A program made the translations under genes and the position numbers. This document shows, in pieces, positions 12,918 through 25,188 of a stretch of 64,000 nucleotides of DNA; the first letter of the stretch is position 1, and each line of letters starts with the position of its first letter. The DNA is from Octopus vulgaris (lineage: Eukaryota). The notes under the pieces are model-generated. The model made no database searches and was not told where the DNA came from. It worked only from the letters and a program-made list of their open reading frames with translations. The stretch is from the NCBI GenBank assembly GCA_951406725.2, contig OX597830.1, positions 78,988,001 to 79,052,000 of the forward strand, read 5' to 3'.

Positions 12918-14019
12918 TTCTTATATAAAAAAATAAAGAAAATTTAACAGTTTCTGTGCCTTTTTTTTTTTGCTTTTTTTTCAATGCTTAATATAAATCT
13001 TCCACGATATTATTGCTTTGGTTTCGATACACAATCAGATCAAACACTTAGCAGTCAAATACATCATCAAATATCGTGAGTTTTCCCCAAAATAACTATG
13101 CAGCATGTAGCAGCGGTGTATTTTTTAAAAAATGACACTAAAATACTTATCTCTTTTGTTGTGTAGCAATAACCATTTTAGCCATTTTGAAATGTGGCGC
13201 AAATTGGCAATATGACGTAATGTCGTATTGCCGAAGAAATATCATTTTCGTTTTTTTCCATTGGTTAATATAACTGCTCATATAAAGATTCTAGAAGTTT
13301 CGAAAAGAATATCTGTCATGGATTTCGATTCTTTTAGTCAAGTTGAGCAGTTATAAAAACCGTGGATTTTGGAAGATAAATCAGTGTTCGTTTGGTAGTC
13401 ATTCAACTCCACGTCACTCACTCTTTTGGAGACATCGGTAAATTGTTATGCCATGTCTACGTTAATCACAAATCTATTTTGATTTGTTGGTTAACGTATT
13501 AGATAGAAAGAAGAAATTAGCTAAGGAATTTTAAAGTCGTTTTTCTTCACGACGAAAGTATCTTTCTTACTGTAAAAAAAATATGAATTGTTATATTTAT
13601 ATAATAAAAAATAATAAAAAGAAAATGTTTCTCTTCACGTTTGTTTTTCAACTGAGCATAGATAAATATACATTTCTGTAATCTTTGATTTATGTTTCTT
13701 ATAGCGGTTTAAAGGACACGATAAAAATATTCAACATACATGGTCGTTGACGTAGCGTTCCATGCGTATATGTCTATATGACGTTATAACTGCAGTTAGA
13801 GTTAAAGATATAATGATAACACTTGAGTATAAGTGACGTTGAATCATTATATTCTTCCTTACAAAGAGAAAAGCCTAAATAAATAATATAACTTAAGAGA
13901 AAGCTTAAGGTAATAAAATAAAAACCGCCGTAGGAAAAGTGGTGACCCCGATGTGATAAAGCCTATAGGAAAACCTATAGAGTTGCATGGCCGCAAAACA
14001 AAGATATATCCAAAATATA

Positions 14020-14290
14020 TTAAACACTCAGAGTGTTTTCAGTAAAAATATCCAATAAATTTTGCATATATCTTACAAATAAACGTGAGTGAAGATGAGG
14101 TCTTGGAGTTAAAGAATGTTGTAAACATAGAAGCTCTCGTGCGACGCAGTAACCTGAGGTAAGCAGGCCTTGGAAGTTCGTATGCAAAGTGTAAGAATTC
14201 CAAAGCATCTATTCTATGTAGAATTATGCCTTCAGAAAAGACTCCCTAACAGACCGAATTTAGGATACAAGGACCGTTTAAATTTTGTTA
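14020..14290 (+). mobile_element. RTE/BovB-like LINE C-terminal fragment (also ~28607-28877)
   Basis: IEALVRRSNLR*AG...RIPKHLFYVEL...RPNLGYKD matches the RTE C-terminal pattern LRWAGH..RIPK.LFYGEL..RP.LRYKD. Confidence 0.75.
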
Positions 14291-14357
14291 TAAAGGGGAA
14301 AAAAAAGGCAACATTTATGCGGAAAGTTGGGAAATAATTGTAATTTAAGATTAACAT

Positions 14358-14777
14358 AGGCGCAGGAGTGGCTGTGTGGTAAGTAGCTTGCTTACCAACC
14401 ACATAGTTTCGGGTTCAGTCCCACTGCGTGGTAACTTGGGTAAGTGTCTTCTACTATAGTCTCGGGCCGACCAAAGCCTTGGATTTGGTAGACGGAAACT
14501 GAAAGAAGCCCGTCGCATATATGTATATATATATTTATGTATGTATATGTATATGTTTGTATGTCTGTGTTTGTTACCCCAACATCGCTTGACAACCGAT
14601 GCTGGTGTGTTTATGTCACCCGTAACTTAGCGGTTCGGCAAAAGAGACCGATAGAATAAGTACTAGGCTTACAAAGAATAAGTCCTGGGGTCGATTTGCT
14701 CGACTAAAAGGCGGTGCTCCAGCATGGCCGCAGTCAAATGACTGAAACAAGTAAAAGGGTAAAAAGCGTAAAAGAGT
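14358..14777 (+). mobile_element. SINE family A with internal (TA)n tract (also ~28944-29375)
   Basis: Head GGCGCAGGAGTGGCTGTGTGGTAAG..GGGTTCAGTCCC; tail GAAACAAGTAAAAGAG repeats; many copies in the window. Confidence 0.9.
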
Positions 14778-15369
14778 ATACTCAGAGCGTCTAAGTATTT
14801 TGAAGAGAGTCGCATTATACATAAAACTGAAACGTGATACAAGGGGATGAAAATCCATACATACGAAAAAATAAAACTGTAGTTCAGTTCATAAATACAA
14901 CATGAAAAGCAAAAGCTCAAAAACGAAAGTTTGCGATACACTCTACGATTTTAGTCAAATAAATTGCAATTTTCGTATCTCCTGTGCCACATGAACTCCG
15001 AGAGACACAAGTCAATTATAGATCGCTAAGTGTCCCGGCCCCGTTTACTACCTCGCTTTACAGAGGCCCGCGTACTTTCCGGTTATTACGTGTGGGTACT
15101 ACCATTCGAAATAATAAACCCCGCGCTAAGCAAGCAGCTTACAGATTGGCTAAAATTACTCAAAATTTGCAACCTTTTAAAAGTTATTAATTGCTTATTT
15201 ATTAATTTATGGCAAAAATGAATTTCATACCCATAGTTAACATAAGAAACTACATCAGTACACCAAATTTGAAATCAAATGGAACAAAATTGAAGAAGAT
15301 GAAAAGTGAAAGGCAAACAGAAAAGATCCTTACCCTATACTTTTGTAGAGTACAAATTTATTATTCTTA

Positions 15370-15698
15370 GGCAAGAATGTTGTTGACAGTAACTTCGATG
15401 TTTCGGTCAGCTAAGTCATCATCCCAATGGAGTGAAAGACGTCGTCGCAGAATACCATCACTCAGAGCTACGAAGGATTGTTCATATCGCCATGTTCTCA
15501 GAAAATCGGCGGACCCGTGTGGTTGTCGGGTGGTACCCGCGTGAGCGGAAAAGACCACTCAGAAGACTTCCAATCACGTGGGAAGATAATTTAAGGAAAA
15601 TGTTTGGAGCAAAATGGTGAGAGCACGAGGGGAATGGAGCGAATGCTGTGGCCAGCGGAGCCGACTCGAAACCAGACAGCCTGGCCGATCCAAGTGAT
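15370..15698 (+). mobile_element. RTE LINE 3' end fragment (also ~29958-30286)
   Basis: HIAMFSENRRTRVVVGWYPRERKRPLRRLPITWED matches the RTE C-terminus HIAR..D.RWT..V..W.P...KR..GRP..RW.D. Confidence 0.8.
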
Positions 15699-15789
15699 AG
15701 TGTGTGTATGTGTGTACCGTTGGCGATTTTTTTCCTCCGTCTTCCCTTCCTTGGAGCTTTCCTTTTCCTATGTTTCTGACGAAGAGCTC

Positions 15790-16083
15790 CGCAATGGCCC
15801 AGTGGTTAGGACAGCGGACTCGCGGTCGTAGGATCGCGGTCGTAGGATCGCGGTTTCGATTCCCACACCGGGCGTTGTGTGTGTTTATTGAGCGAAAACA
15901 CCTAAAGGCTCCACGAGGCTCCGGCAGGGGGTGGTGATCCCTGCTGTACTCTTTCACCACTCTTTCTTCTGTTGGCCTGCTCGCTTAGCCAGCGGTGTGG
16001 CGTCATTCGAAGGCTAAAACAATGCGAACGCATTGTGACCAGCGATGTGTAACAACATCTGATGGTCTGGTCGGTCACGTGAT
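15790..16083 (+). mobile_element. SINE family C, present only in duplicate copy 1
   Basis: tRNA-like head CGCAATGGCCCAGTGGTTAGG..GGTTTCGATTCCC with an internal 14-nt tandem duplication; absent at the equivalent position ~30400. Confidence 0.85.
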
Positions 16084-16504
16084 GTATGTACGTATGTGTG
16101 TATGTGCGTGTGTATGTATGTATGTATGTATGTATGTATGTATGTATTATGTATGTATGTGTGTATGTATGTATGTATGTATGTGCGTATGTATGTTTGT
16201 ATGCATGTATGTATGTGTGTATGTATGTGTGTATGTATGTTTGTATGTATGTTTGTATGTATGTATGTATTATGTATGCGTGTTTGGATGTATGTATGTT
16301 TGTATGTATGTATGTACGCATGTACGTACGTATGTATGTATTATGTATGTATGTATGTATGTATGTATGTATGTATGTACGTACGTATGTTTGTATTATG
16401 TATGTATGTACGTACGCATGTACGTATGTACGTATGTATGTATGTATGTATGTATGTATGTATGTATGTATGTATGTATGTATGTATGTATGTATGTATG
16501 TATG

Positions 16505-16747
16505 TTTTATTTGTTTCAGTCATTAAACCACGGCTATTCTGAGACACTTCTTCGATCACAGTACTTTTTTTTTTAATCTGATACTTAGTCAATGAGACTT
16601 TTTTGGTGAGCCACTAAATTGCGGGGACGTAAACAAACCAACACCAGCTGTCAAGTGATGGTGTGGGACAAACATAAACTCAAAGACACATACATACATA
16701 CATACATACATACATACATACATACATACATACATACATACATACAT

Positions 16748-16779
<32 letters not shown>

Positions 16780-16935
16780 GTATATATGACGGGCTTCTTT
16801 TAGTTTCCGTCTACTAAATCCACTCACAACGATTTTGTCGACCCGAAGCTAGAATTGAAGACACATGCCCAAGGTGCCACTGAACCTAGAATCAGGTGGT
16901 TTGGAAGCAGACTTCTTACTCACACAGCCACGCCT
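16505..16935 (-). mobile_element. SINE family A, diverged (also ~31221-31652)
   Basis: Reverse-complement similarity to 14358-14777. Confidence 0.8.
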
Positions 16936-16978
16936 ACATGTATATATTATTTTTTATGTTTGTGTGTATGTATGTATG

Positions 16979-17012
<34 letters not shown>

Positions 17013-17599
17013 TGTATGTATGTATGTATGTCAGATAAAATAGACTCCAAATAGATTAGTTGTAGTCCGCATCAGCAAGACTTGCATTATTTCGTAAAGT
17101 GACAAAGAATAAAGGAATATTGCTGGGGAGAGTTTCTGACGTTTCAGATAAAGTCTTTCTTCAAGTTTGTGCTTATAGGAAGAAGAAAACGGAAAACGGA
17201 AGTGTTCTTGATCCTGTCGACTGGTTGCAACTGATGGGGAACAGAAACCAAAATTGGAAGTGTGAACGCGGATGGGAAGTAGGAGAAAAGCACTGGATGA
17301 CAGAAAGTGAATAAAAGAGAAACAAAAAATAAATAAGAAGCTAACGATGACAGATGGAGGGGAAAATTTAGATCAGGGGGTGGTGAATGGATAAAGCATG
17401 GATTTCTCTGATACTAGGACAGCGTGAAAGAGTTAAAGAAAAAAAACATTCATTTAAGCCCCTTTGATCCTCCATGTAGCCTACAAATAGGTTTGCCTAA
17501 ATGGGAGTGATTTTAGTACCCATAGCGAACCTGCTGATAACTTTGTAAAATGCTTTAGTCGAGGCAATTAACGGTTTACAGAAACATACATGCATATAT

Positions 17600-17831
17600 A
17601 TTCTTTTATTCTTTAATTTGTTTCAAACATTTGACTGTGGCCATACTGGAGCACCGCCTTTAGTCAAGCAAATCCACCCCGGGACTTATTCTTTGTAAGC
17701 CTAGTACTTATTCTATCGGTATCTCTTGCCGAACCGCTAAGTGACGGGGACGTAAACACATCAGCATCGGTTGTCAAGCGATGTTGGGGGACAAACACAG
17801 ACACACAAACATACATATACATATACATATG

Positions 17832-17919
<88 letters not shown>

Positions 17920-18005
17920 CGACGGGCTTCTTTCAGTTTCCGTCTACCAAATCCACTCACAAGGCATTGCTCGGCCCGAGGCTATAGTAGAAGACACTTG
18001 CCCAA
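17600..18005 (-). mobile_element. SINE family A lacking its head (also ~32301-32633)
   Basis: Reverse-complement similarity to 14358-14777. Confidence 0.85.
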
Positions 18006-18037
18006 TGCATATATATGTGTGTGTGTACATGTATTTT

Positions 18038-18069
<32 letters not shown>

Positions 18070-18079
18070 TGTATGTATG

Positions 18080-18172
<93 letters not shown>

Positions 18173-18658
18173 CTTTGTATGATTGTGTATAAAGGGATAT
18201 ATATTATTCAAAGAAATTCCAACTCTGTTTTTTTATGTTTTATTTATATTCTTTATAATATTCACTGTAGAATATAGAATATATAGTATAAATAATATAT
18301 ATATAGTAAAATGAAATGAAGTATTGATTGTCTTATTGAATAGATTAAATGTTGAATATCAAATATTAAGGGACTGGTATACTTTCTTGCATTAAAGCAG
18401 TCTGCATATATATTTGCACACACACTTTCACACAAATGGAATGAATGATAGATACATACATAACAAATATGCATACATGCATATAAATCCTTAAATCCTT
18501 AAAATAATTTTAGTGCGAAGGCCGTGGCCATGCTGGGGCACCATCGCTGGTATACATGCATGTATATATACATTCATACATACATATATATATTTCTATG
18601 TGTGTGTGCAACAAACGCGTGCATACATACGTATATACACTTTTATAGATATATGTAC

Positions 18659-18748
<90 letters not shown>

Positions 18749-18780
18749 ATATATATAGATAATTAAAGACATACGTCCAT

Positions 18781-18821
<41 letters not shown>

Positions 18822-19183
18822 CGCGCACGCACATATAAATATATATGTATACATATATATATATATATATAAGTATATGCATATTTTCTCTACAATACAT
18901 ATAGAGATAAATAGATACATACATACATACATACATACATATATGCATGTATATATACATTCATACATACATACATAATATATACATACATATATATATA
19001 CACATAAATATATGCACACACTCATAAATAGGTGTACATATATGTGTATGTATATAAATATATATGTGTGTGTGTGTGTGTGTGTGCGTGTGTATATATA
19101 TGTATATGCATATTTTCTCTACAATATATATAAAGATAGATAAATAGATACATACATACATACATACAGTCATACATACATGC

Positions 19184-19240
<57 letters not shown>

Positions 19241-19245
<5 letters not shown>

Positions 19246-19501
19246 TAAAAACGGTAAGATAACAAAAGAAAGAAAGAGACTTCAATATTATGTAAACAGA
19301 GGAAATTTATCTATAAAATACTATGTTACATTACTCAATAGTCAAGATAAAACTCTGAGTTTCCGATGCCGAAGTGGAAATCCACAACACCATCTCTTCG
19401 GTTATCTGGACAGAACAGATAACCGAAGAGATGGTGTTGTGGATTTCCACTTCGGCATCTGAAACTCAGAGTTTTATCTTGACTATTGAGTAATGTAACA
19501 T
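19241..19501. mobile_element. (TA)n-flanked palindromic module with a hammerhead-like motif (also ~34020-34285)
   Basis: Arms 19323-19408 and 19416-19501. Right arm reads AGATAA-CCGAAGA-GATG..CATC-T-GAAA-CTCAGAG-TT-TTATCT. Confidence 0.65.
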
Positions 19502-19803
19502 ATATATATATATATATATATATGGATCCAAAATAAAAATGTAGTACTGGACTCCGTCTACATCACTACAAGCTGCTGGTGAGGAGACAGTGATTGTGTA
19601 TGCGTGTGTGCACGCGCTCGTATGTGTGCGTGCGCGTGAGTGTGTGTGCGCGCGTGTATTAAAAGAGGGAGGGAGGTGTTGTGTCCATATTTTCTTCTAT
19701 TAGTGGCTATTAAAGATTTCCACTCACCTTATGTTGTTTCTATCGAGTTTTCATTCTCTGCCTATGTGAATCTGTTTGCTAAGTGTGTACATTTATATAT
19801 ATT

Positions 19804-19834
<31 letters not shown>

Positions 19835-20566
19835 ATTGTATCAAAGCGAAAGTTTTTTTCGTGAGAGAGAGACAGAGACGGAGAGGGAGAGGGAGAGGGA
19901 GAGATATAGAGAGAGGGGGCGCAAGAGGGAGAGTGTATGTGTGTGTGTTGTTTGTTTGTTGTGTCTTTCACCATCTCCCGCTCTCAACCTGCTACTCTCT
20001 CTCTCTCGCTCCTCCTCTCTCTATCTCCCATTCTCTCTACCTCCTACTCACTCTCTCTCTCTATGTCCTGTTCTATCATTCCTTATTACCACATACGATG
20101 CAGGTTCGTTAAAATGAATCACGACACAGCGTTGTGCTGCACAACTTCAAACTGCCCGCTGCACCGATACGGGATGCACAACTTTTGACACAATGGTGCA
20201 ACACATCGATGCACAACGTTGCACACAACAGTGCGACACATCGATACACTTCACTGCATAATGCATTACTACCCAGTATTGCATGGCACAGCGCTATTAC
20301 AGGGTACTCCGTGTTACAGCATCAAATTGCACTGTATTGCATTACTGCACATCTCTACATAAAATAACACTGCACACGACTGCATCTTACACCAATACAC
20401 TGCACTGTAGTACACATCGCTGCACACACCACTGCATGACACACCATCACTATAGAGTACTTTATGTCACAGTACTCTACAGTTATGATGTGCAGTGTAT
20501 GCTGCAGCACCATACTGCATTATATGACACAATGCTGCATAAAACTGCAACTGACAGCAATATACT

Positions 20567-21461
20567 TATTTCTTTACTACCCACAAGAGACTAAACACAG
20601 AGAGGACAAACAAGGACAGACAAACGGATTAAGTCGATTACATCGGCCCCAGTGCATAACTGGTACTTAATTTATCGACTCCGAAAGGATGAAAGGCAAA
20701 GTCGACCTCGGCGGAATTTGAACTCACAACGTAACGACAGACGAAATACCTATTTCCTATTTCTTTATTACCCACAAGGGGCTAAACACAGAGGGGGACA
20801 AACAAGGACAGACAAACGGATTAAGTCGATTACATCGGCCCCAGTGCATAACTGGTACTTAATTAATCGACCCCGAAAGGATGAAAGGCAAAGTCGACCT
20901 CGGCGGAATTTGAACTCACAACGTAACGACAGACGAAATACCTATTTCCTATTTCTTTATTACCCACAAGGGGCTAAACACAGAGGGGGACAAACAAGGA
21001 CAGACAAACGGATTAAGTCGATTACATCGGCCCCAGTGCATAACTGGTACTTAATTAATCGACCCCGAAAGGATGAAAGGCAAAGTCGACCTCGGCGGAA
21101 TTTGAACTCACAACGTAACGACAGACGAAATACCTATTTCCTATTTCTTTATTACCCACAAGGGGCTAAACACAGAGGGGGACAAACAAGGACAGACAAC
21201 GGATTAAGTCGATTACATCGGCCCCAGTGCATAACTGGTACTTAATTAATCGACCCCGAAAGGATGAAAGGCAAAGTCGACCTCGGCGGAATTTGAACTC
21301 ACAACGTAACGACAGACGAAATACCTATTTCCTATTTCTTTATTACCCATAAGGGGCTAAACACAGAGGGGGACAAACATTTGAACTCACAACGTAATGC
21401 AGACGAAATACCGCTAAGCATTTTGCCCGGCGCGCTAACGTTTCTGCCAGCTCGCCGCCTT
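20567..21461 (-). repeat. Tandem multimer of SINE family B (192-bp unit, four full plus one deleted, single head)
   Basis: Unit starts at 20749, 20941, 21133 and 21324. Whole array flanked by direct repeat CAGCAATATACT (20555-20566 / 21469-21480). Confidence 0.9.
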
Positions 21462-21511
21462 AATTTGGCAGCAATATACTCTACTGTATTACAAATCGCT
21501 GCACACCACTA

Positions 21512-21721
21512 CATGGGGGTGCTGAAAAGTTCCTGGCTTTAAGGGTATCGCGAAAGGCTTGGTTAGAGGACCAACCTTCTTTTAAAGGGGTTACATAAAT
21601 TGCAGGACCACTGCAATTAGTGTGTAAATCTGAGCAGCGAATATGTTGAATAAAATCATAATTAACTGATCCTCCTGTATTTTCTTCTCCCCAAAGCCAG
21701 GAACTTGAAGAGAACTTCGTG
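21512..21721 (+). mobile_element. Mariner deletion derivative / MITE (also ~35882-36091)
   Basis: TIR cores AAGTTCCTGGCTTT / AAAGCCAGGAACTT; retains a transposase C-terminus KGLHKL...CVNLSSEYVE*. Confidence 0.7.
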
Positions 21722-21779
21722 TCACAGTAGTCTACAGTTATGACGTGCAGTGCACGCCACGGTACACTATTGCATTGTC

Positions 21780-22197
21780 AAGGCGGCGGGCTGGCAGAAA
21801 CGTTAGCACGCCGGGCGAAATGCGTAGCTGTATTTCGTCTGCCGTTACGTTCTGAGTTCAAATTCCGCCGAGGTCGACTTTGCCTTTCATCCTTTCGGGG
21901 GTCGATTAAATAAGTACCAGTTACGCACTGGGGTCGATATAATCGACTTAATCCGTGTGCCTGTCCTTGTTTGTCCTCTCTGTGTTTAGCCCCTTGCGGG
22001 TAGTAAAGAAATAGGTATTTCGTCTGCCGCTATACGTTCTGAGTTCAAATTCCGCCGAGGTCGACTTTGCCTTTCATCCTTTCGGGGTCGATTAAATAAG
22101 TACCAGTTACGCACTGGGGTCGATATAATCGACTTAATCCGTTTGTCTGTCCTTGTTTGTCCTCTATGTTTAGTCCCTTGTGGGTAGTATTGAAATA
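21780..22197 (+). mobile_element. SINE family B dimer (also ~36150-36572)
   Basis: One head followed by two body units joined at GGTATTTCGTCTG. Confidence 0.9.
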
Positions 22198-22699
22198 GAT
22201 AATGTCCATGTTCTCGTCCTTTTTTAGTAGTACTATTATATACTGGTTCACTGAACAGATAATTCTCTACTGCAGCATGCAAGTTGTTGTAAACATTTGC
22301 CACGATGTTGTCAAACAAGTCTGCTATGAATACGTAAAGCTCGTAAAACAGATCAACCAAAACAATGAGTATGTCACTCGCTCAACTGCTTCACCGTCTC
22401 ATGTGTCTCTGCTACAGATTTCAGCTTTTCATGGCTATCCTTCGAGGAAACCATTAACAAACACTACCGTCTTCTGTTCACCTCCCGCTTAGAACAGTTA
22501 CGGTTACTCAAAGTGCTGTAGAAAAAGCCGCACACACCTCCTTGGAATCGAGTAGCACGCATCCGTGTGTCGGTCTGTCGAAGACTGAATTGAGAAATTG
22601 TAAAAAGAAAAAGACGTTGCTCTTCTGGCAGTTGAACAGTTCAACGACTTTCGTTATTTGGTGTCTTAGAGTCCGTTTCGTATTTTTTATTTATTTACT

Positions 22700-22924
22700 C
22701 TTTTACTCTTTTACTTGTTTCAGTCATTTTGACTGCGGCCATGCTGGAGCATCGCCTTTAGTCGAGCAGATCGACCTCAGGACTTATTCTTTGTAAGCCT
22801 AGTACTTATTGTATCGGTCTCTTTTGCAGAACCGCTAAGTTACGGGGGCGTAAACACACCAGCATCGGTTGTCAAGCGATGTTAGGGGGGGGGGACAAAC
22901 ACAGACACACAAACATATACACAC

Positions 22925-23009
<85 letters not shown>

Positions 23010-23170
23010 CATATATACGACGGGCTTGTTTCAGTTTCCATCTACCAAATCCACTCACAAGACTTTGGTCGGCCCGAGGCTATAATAGAAGGTGCCACAC
23101 GAGTGGGACTGAACCCGGAACCATGTTGTTCGTAAGCAAGCTACTTACCACACAGCCACTCCTACGCCTA
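22700..23170 (-). mobile_element. SINE family A (also ~37067-37528)
   Basis: Full-length reverse complement; copy 1 lacks ~13 nt (GACACTTGGCCAA) present in copy 2. Confidence 0.9.
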
Positions 23171-23488
23171 TATTTATTTATTTATTTATTTATTTATTTT
23201 AACTGTAATAACACAATCTTCATGTTTCGCGTTAAAGGAATGGCCGAAGTCCACTGTCAACACTAGCAACTCACTAGTGATATCTTTCTTTATCTTCTAA
23301 ATTTCTATTTGTTTTCGGTCACTATCTCTTTGTGGAGTCTTATCTATTCTACACAAACCGCCAGTTAACGAATGCCACTATCGTCAGCCAAAATTCCAAA
23401 ACTGGTTGCTGTAGTCTTTGTGCGTTGGTAACGACGCATTCAGTTTCCAGTGACAATCGTAATGTTTTGGCTTATATATTTGGTTATT

Positions 23489-23892
23489 CAAGGCGGCTAG
23501 CTGGCAGAAACGTTAGCACGCCGGGCGAAATGCGTAGCAGTATTTCGTCTGCCGTTACGTTCTGAGTTCAAATACCACCGAAGTCGACTTTGCCTTTCAT
23601 CCTTTCTGGGTCGATAAATAAAGTACCAGTTACGCACTGGGGTCGATGTAATCGACTTGATCCGTTTGTCTGTCCTTATTTGTCCTCTCTGTGTTTAGCC
23701 CCTTGTGGGCAATAAAGAAATAGGTATTTCGTCTGTCTTTACGTTCTAAGTTCAAAATCCGCCGAGGTCGACTTTGCCTTTCATCTTCTCGGGGTCGATA
23801 AATTAAATACCAGTTGCGTACTGGAGTCGATCTAATCGACTGGCTCCGCCCCCAAAAAAATTTCGGGCCTTGTGCCTAGAGTAGAAAAGAAT
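23489..23892 (+). mobile_element. SINE family B dimer with a different second tail (also ~37847-38251)
   Basis: Head plus unit, then a second unit ending CGGGCCTTGTGCCTAGAGTAGAAAAG. Confidence 0.85.
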
Positions 23893-24135
23893 ATATTTAT
23901 TTATTTGTTTCTTTGTTTATTTATTTATAAATTTGTCAATCTCAATATCTATTGCATCACATTTCCTTATGAAATTACGTTTTGCTTCGTCTTTATTGCG
24001 ATGGATTTCTAACTTTGGATATAAAGTACCTCGATCGCTTTAGTAATGTGTGGTGGGGTGGAGGCATGTATGTATGTCGCTCTATTCATGTATCTATCCA
24101 CTCAACTATCCCTCTTAAACTTTCCAGCTATCAAT

Positions 24136-24172
<37 letters not shown>

Positions 24173-24209
24173 ACTCCCCTCTCTCTCTCTGGATCTATAT
24201 ATATATACA

Positions 24210-24269
<60 letters not shown>

Positions 24270-24527
24270 TACATATATTTTTTAATAATATATCATTATT
24301 ATTATTAATATAAGAAAATCAATATCCAAACTCATCATAAAGATGAAAGAAATTATTGATTTTCTTATATTATTAAAAATAATAATAATACATTATTTAA
24401 AAATATATGTATATATCGCTCGTATTAAATATATAAATACTTTAATAGTATTAATATTTTTATACAATGGAGCACTCAATATAAATTCAGTATAAAATAT
24501 TCTTATTGAATATATTTACCTAAAGAT

Positions 24528-24627
24528 NNNNNNNNNNNNNNNNNNNNNNNNNNNNNNNNNNNNNNNNNNNNNNNNNNNNNNNNNNNNNNNNNNNNNNNNN
24601 NNNNNNNNNNNNNNNNNNNNNNNNNNN
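24528..24627. other. Assembly gap (100 N)
   Basis: Exactly 100 N, the usual placeholder for a gap of unknown size. Confidence 1.
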
Positions 24628-25125
24628 AAAAGTGTTGCTAAGCAATTAGGTTAATTAGGCTTGCATATAAACATATATGTGCACACCATGATTACTTTGG
24701 GATTGTTGCTAAGCAACTAGCTTAATTACACTGGTACACGAACAAGCCAACACGTATATGCACACGTATATACACGCTTATACACGCAAAAGGTACTTCA
24801 CACAGATTTCTTTTCACATAAGTGATCTTTTAAGATCTAATTCTCCACGTGATCCCTCAACAATGGTTATACGTAGATACGTGTTTGTGTGTGTGTGTGT
24901 GTGTGTGTAAGACAGTCTTGACGAAAGCGACCAAACTGAAACTTTAAAGACACTATCGACCATTAATATCTTAATAAACGTGCACTTTACTAAAAAGATA
25001 TTGAGTAATGTTTCAGTATAAGGTTAAATGGATTTTATATATAACTTCATATAGGCGCTAGTAAAAGAATAAAGAAAATATATAGAAGCACGCACATCAA
25101 AACACAAACTCACCTACATGAATAA

Positions 25126-25188
<63 letters not shown>

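Larger units (their letters stand above)
10033..24527 (+). repeat. Copy 1 of a ~14.3-kb tandem duplication (probable haplotypic assembly duplication)
   Basis: Starts AAAAGTGTTGCTAAGC and ends TAAAGAT exactly at the N gap; colinear with 24628-38854. Confidence 0.95.

Noticed and set aside
20652-21245. 197-aa repetitive ORF or CRISPR-like array
   Set aside because: Antisense reading of tandem SINE units; there are no unique spacers and the context is eukaryotic.
22202-22492. Overlapping ORFs on both strands in unique-looking DNA
   Set aside because: No recognisable motif or clear splice sites; retention in both copies is uninformative because they are near-identical.
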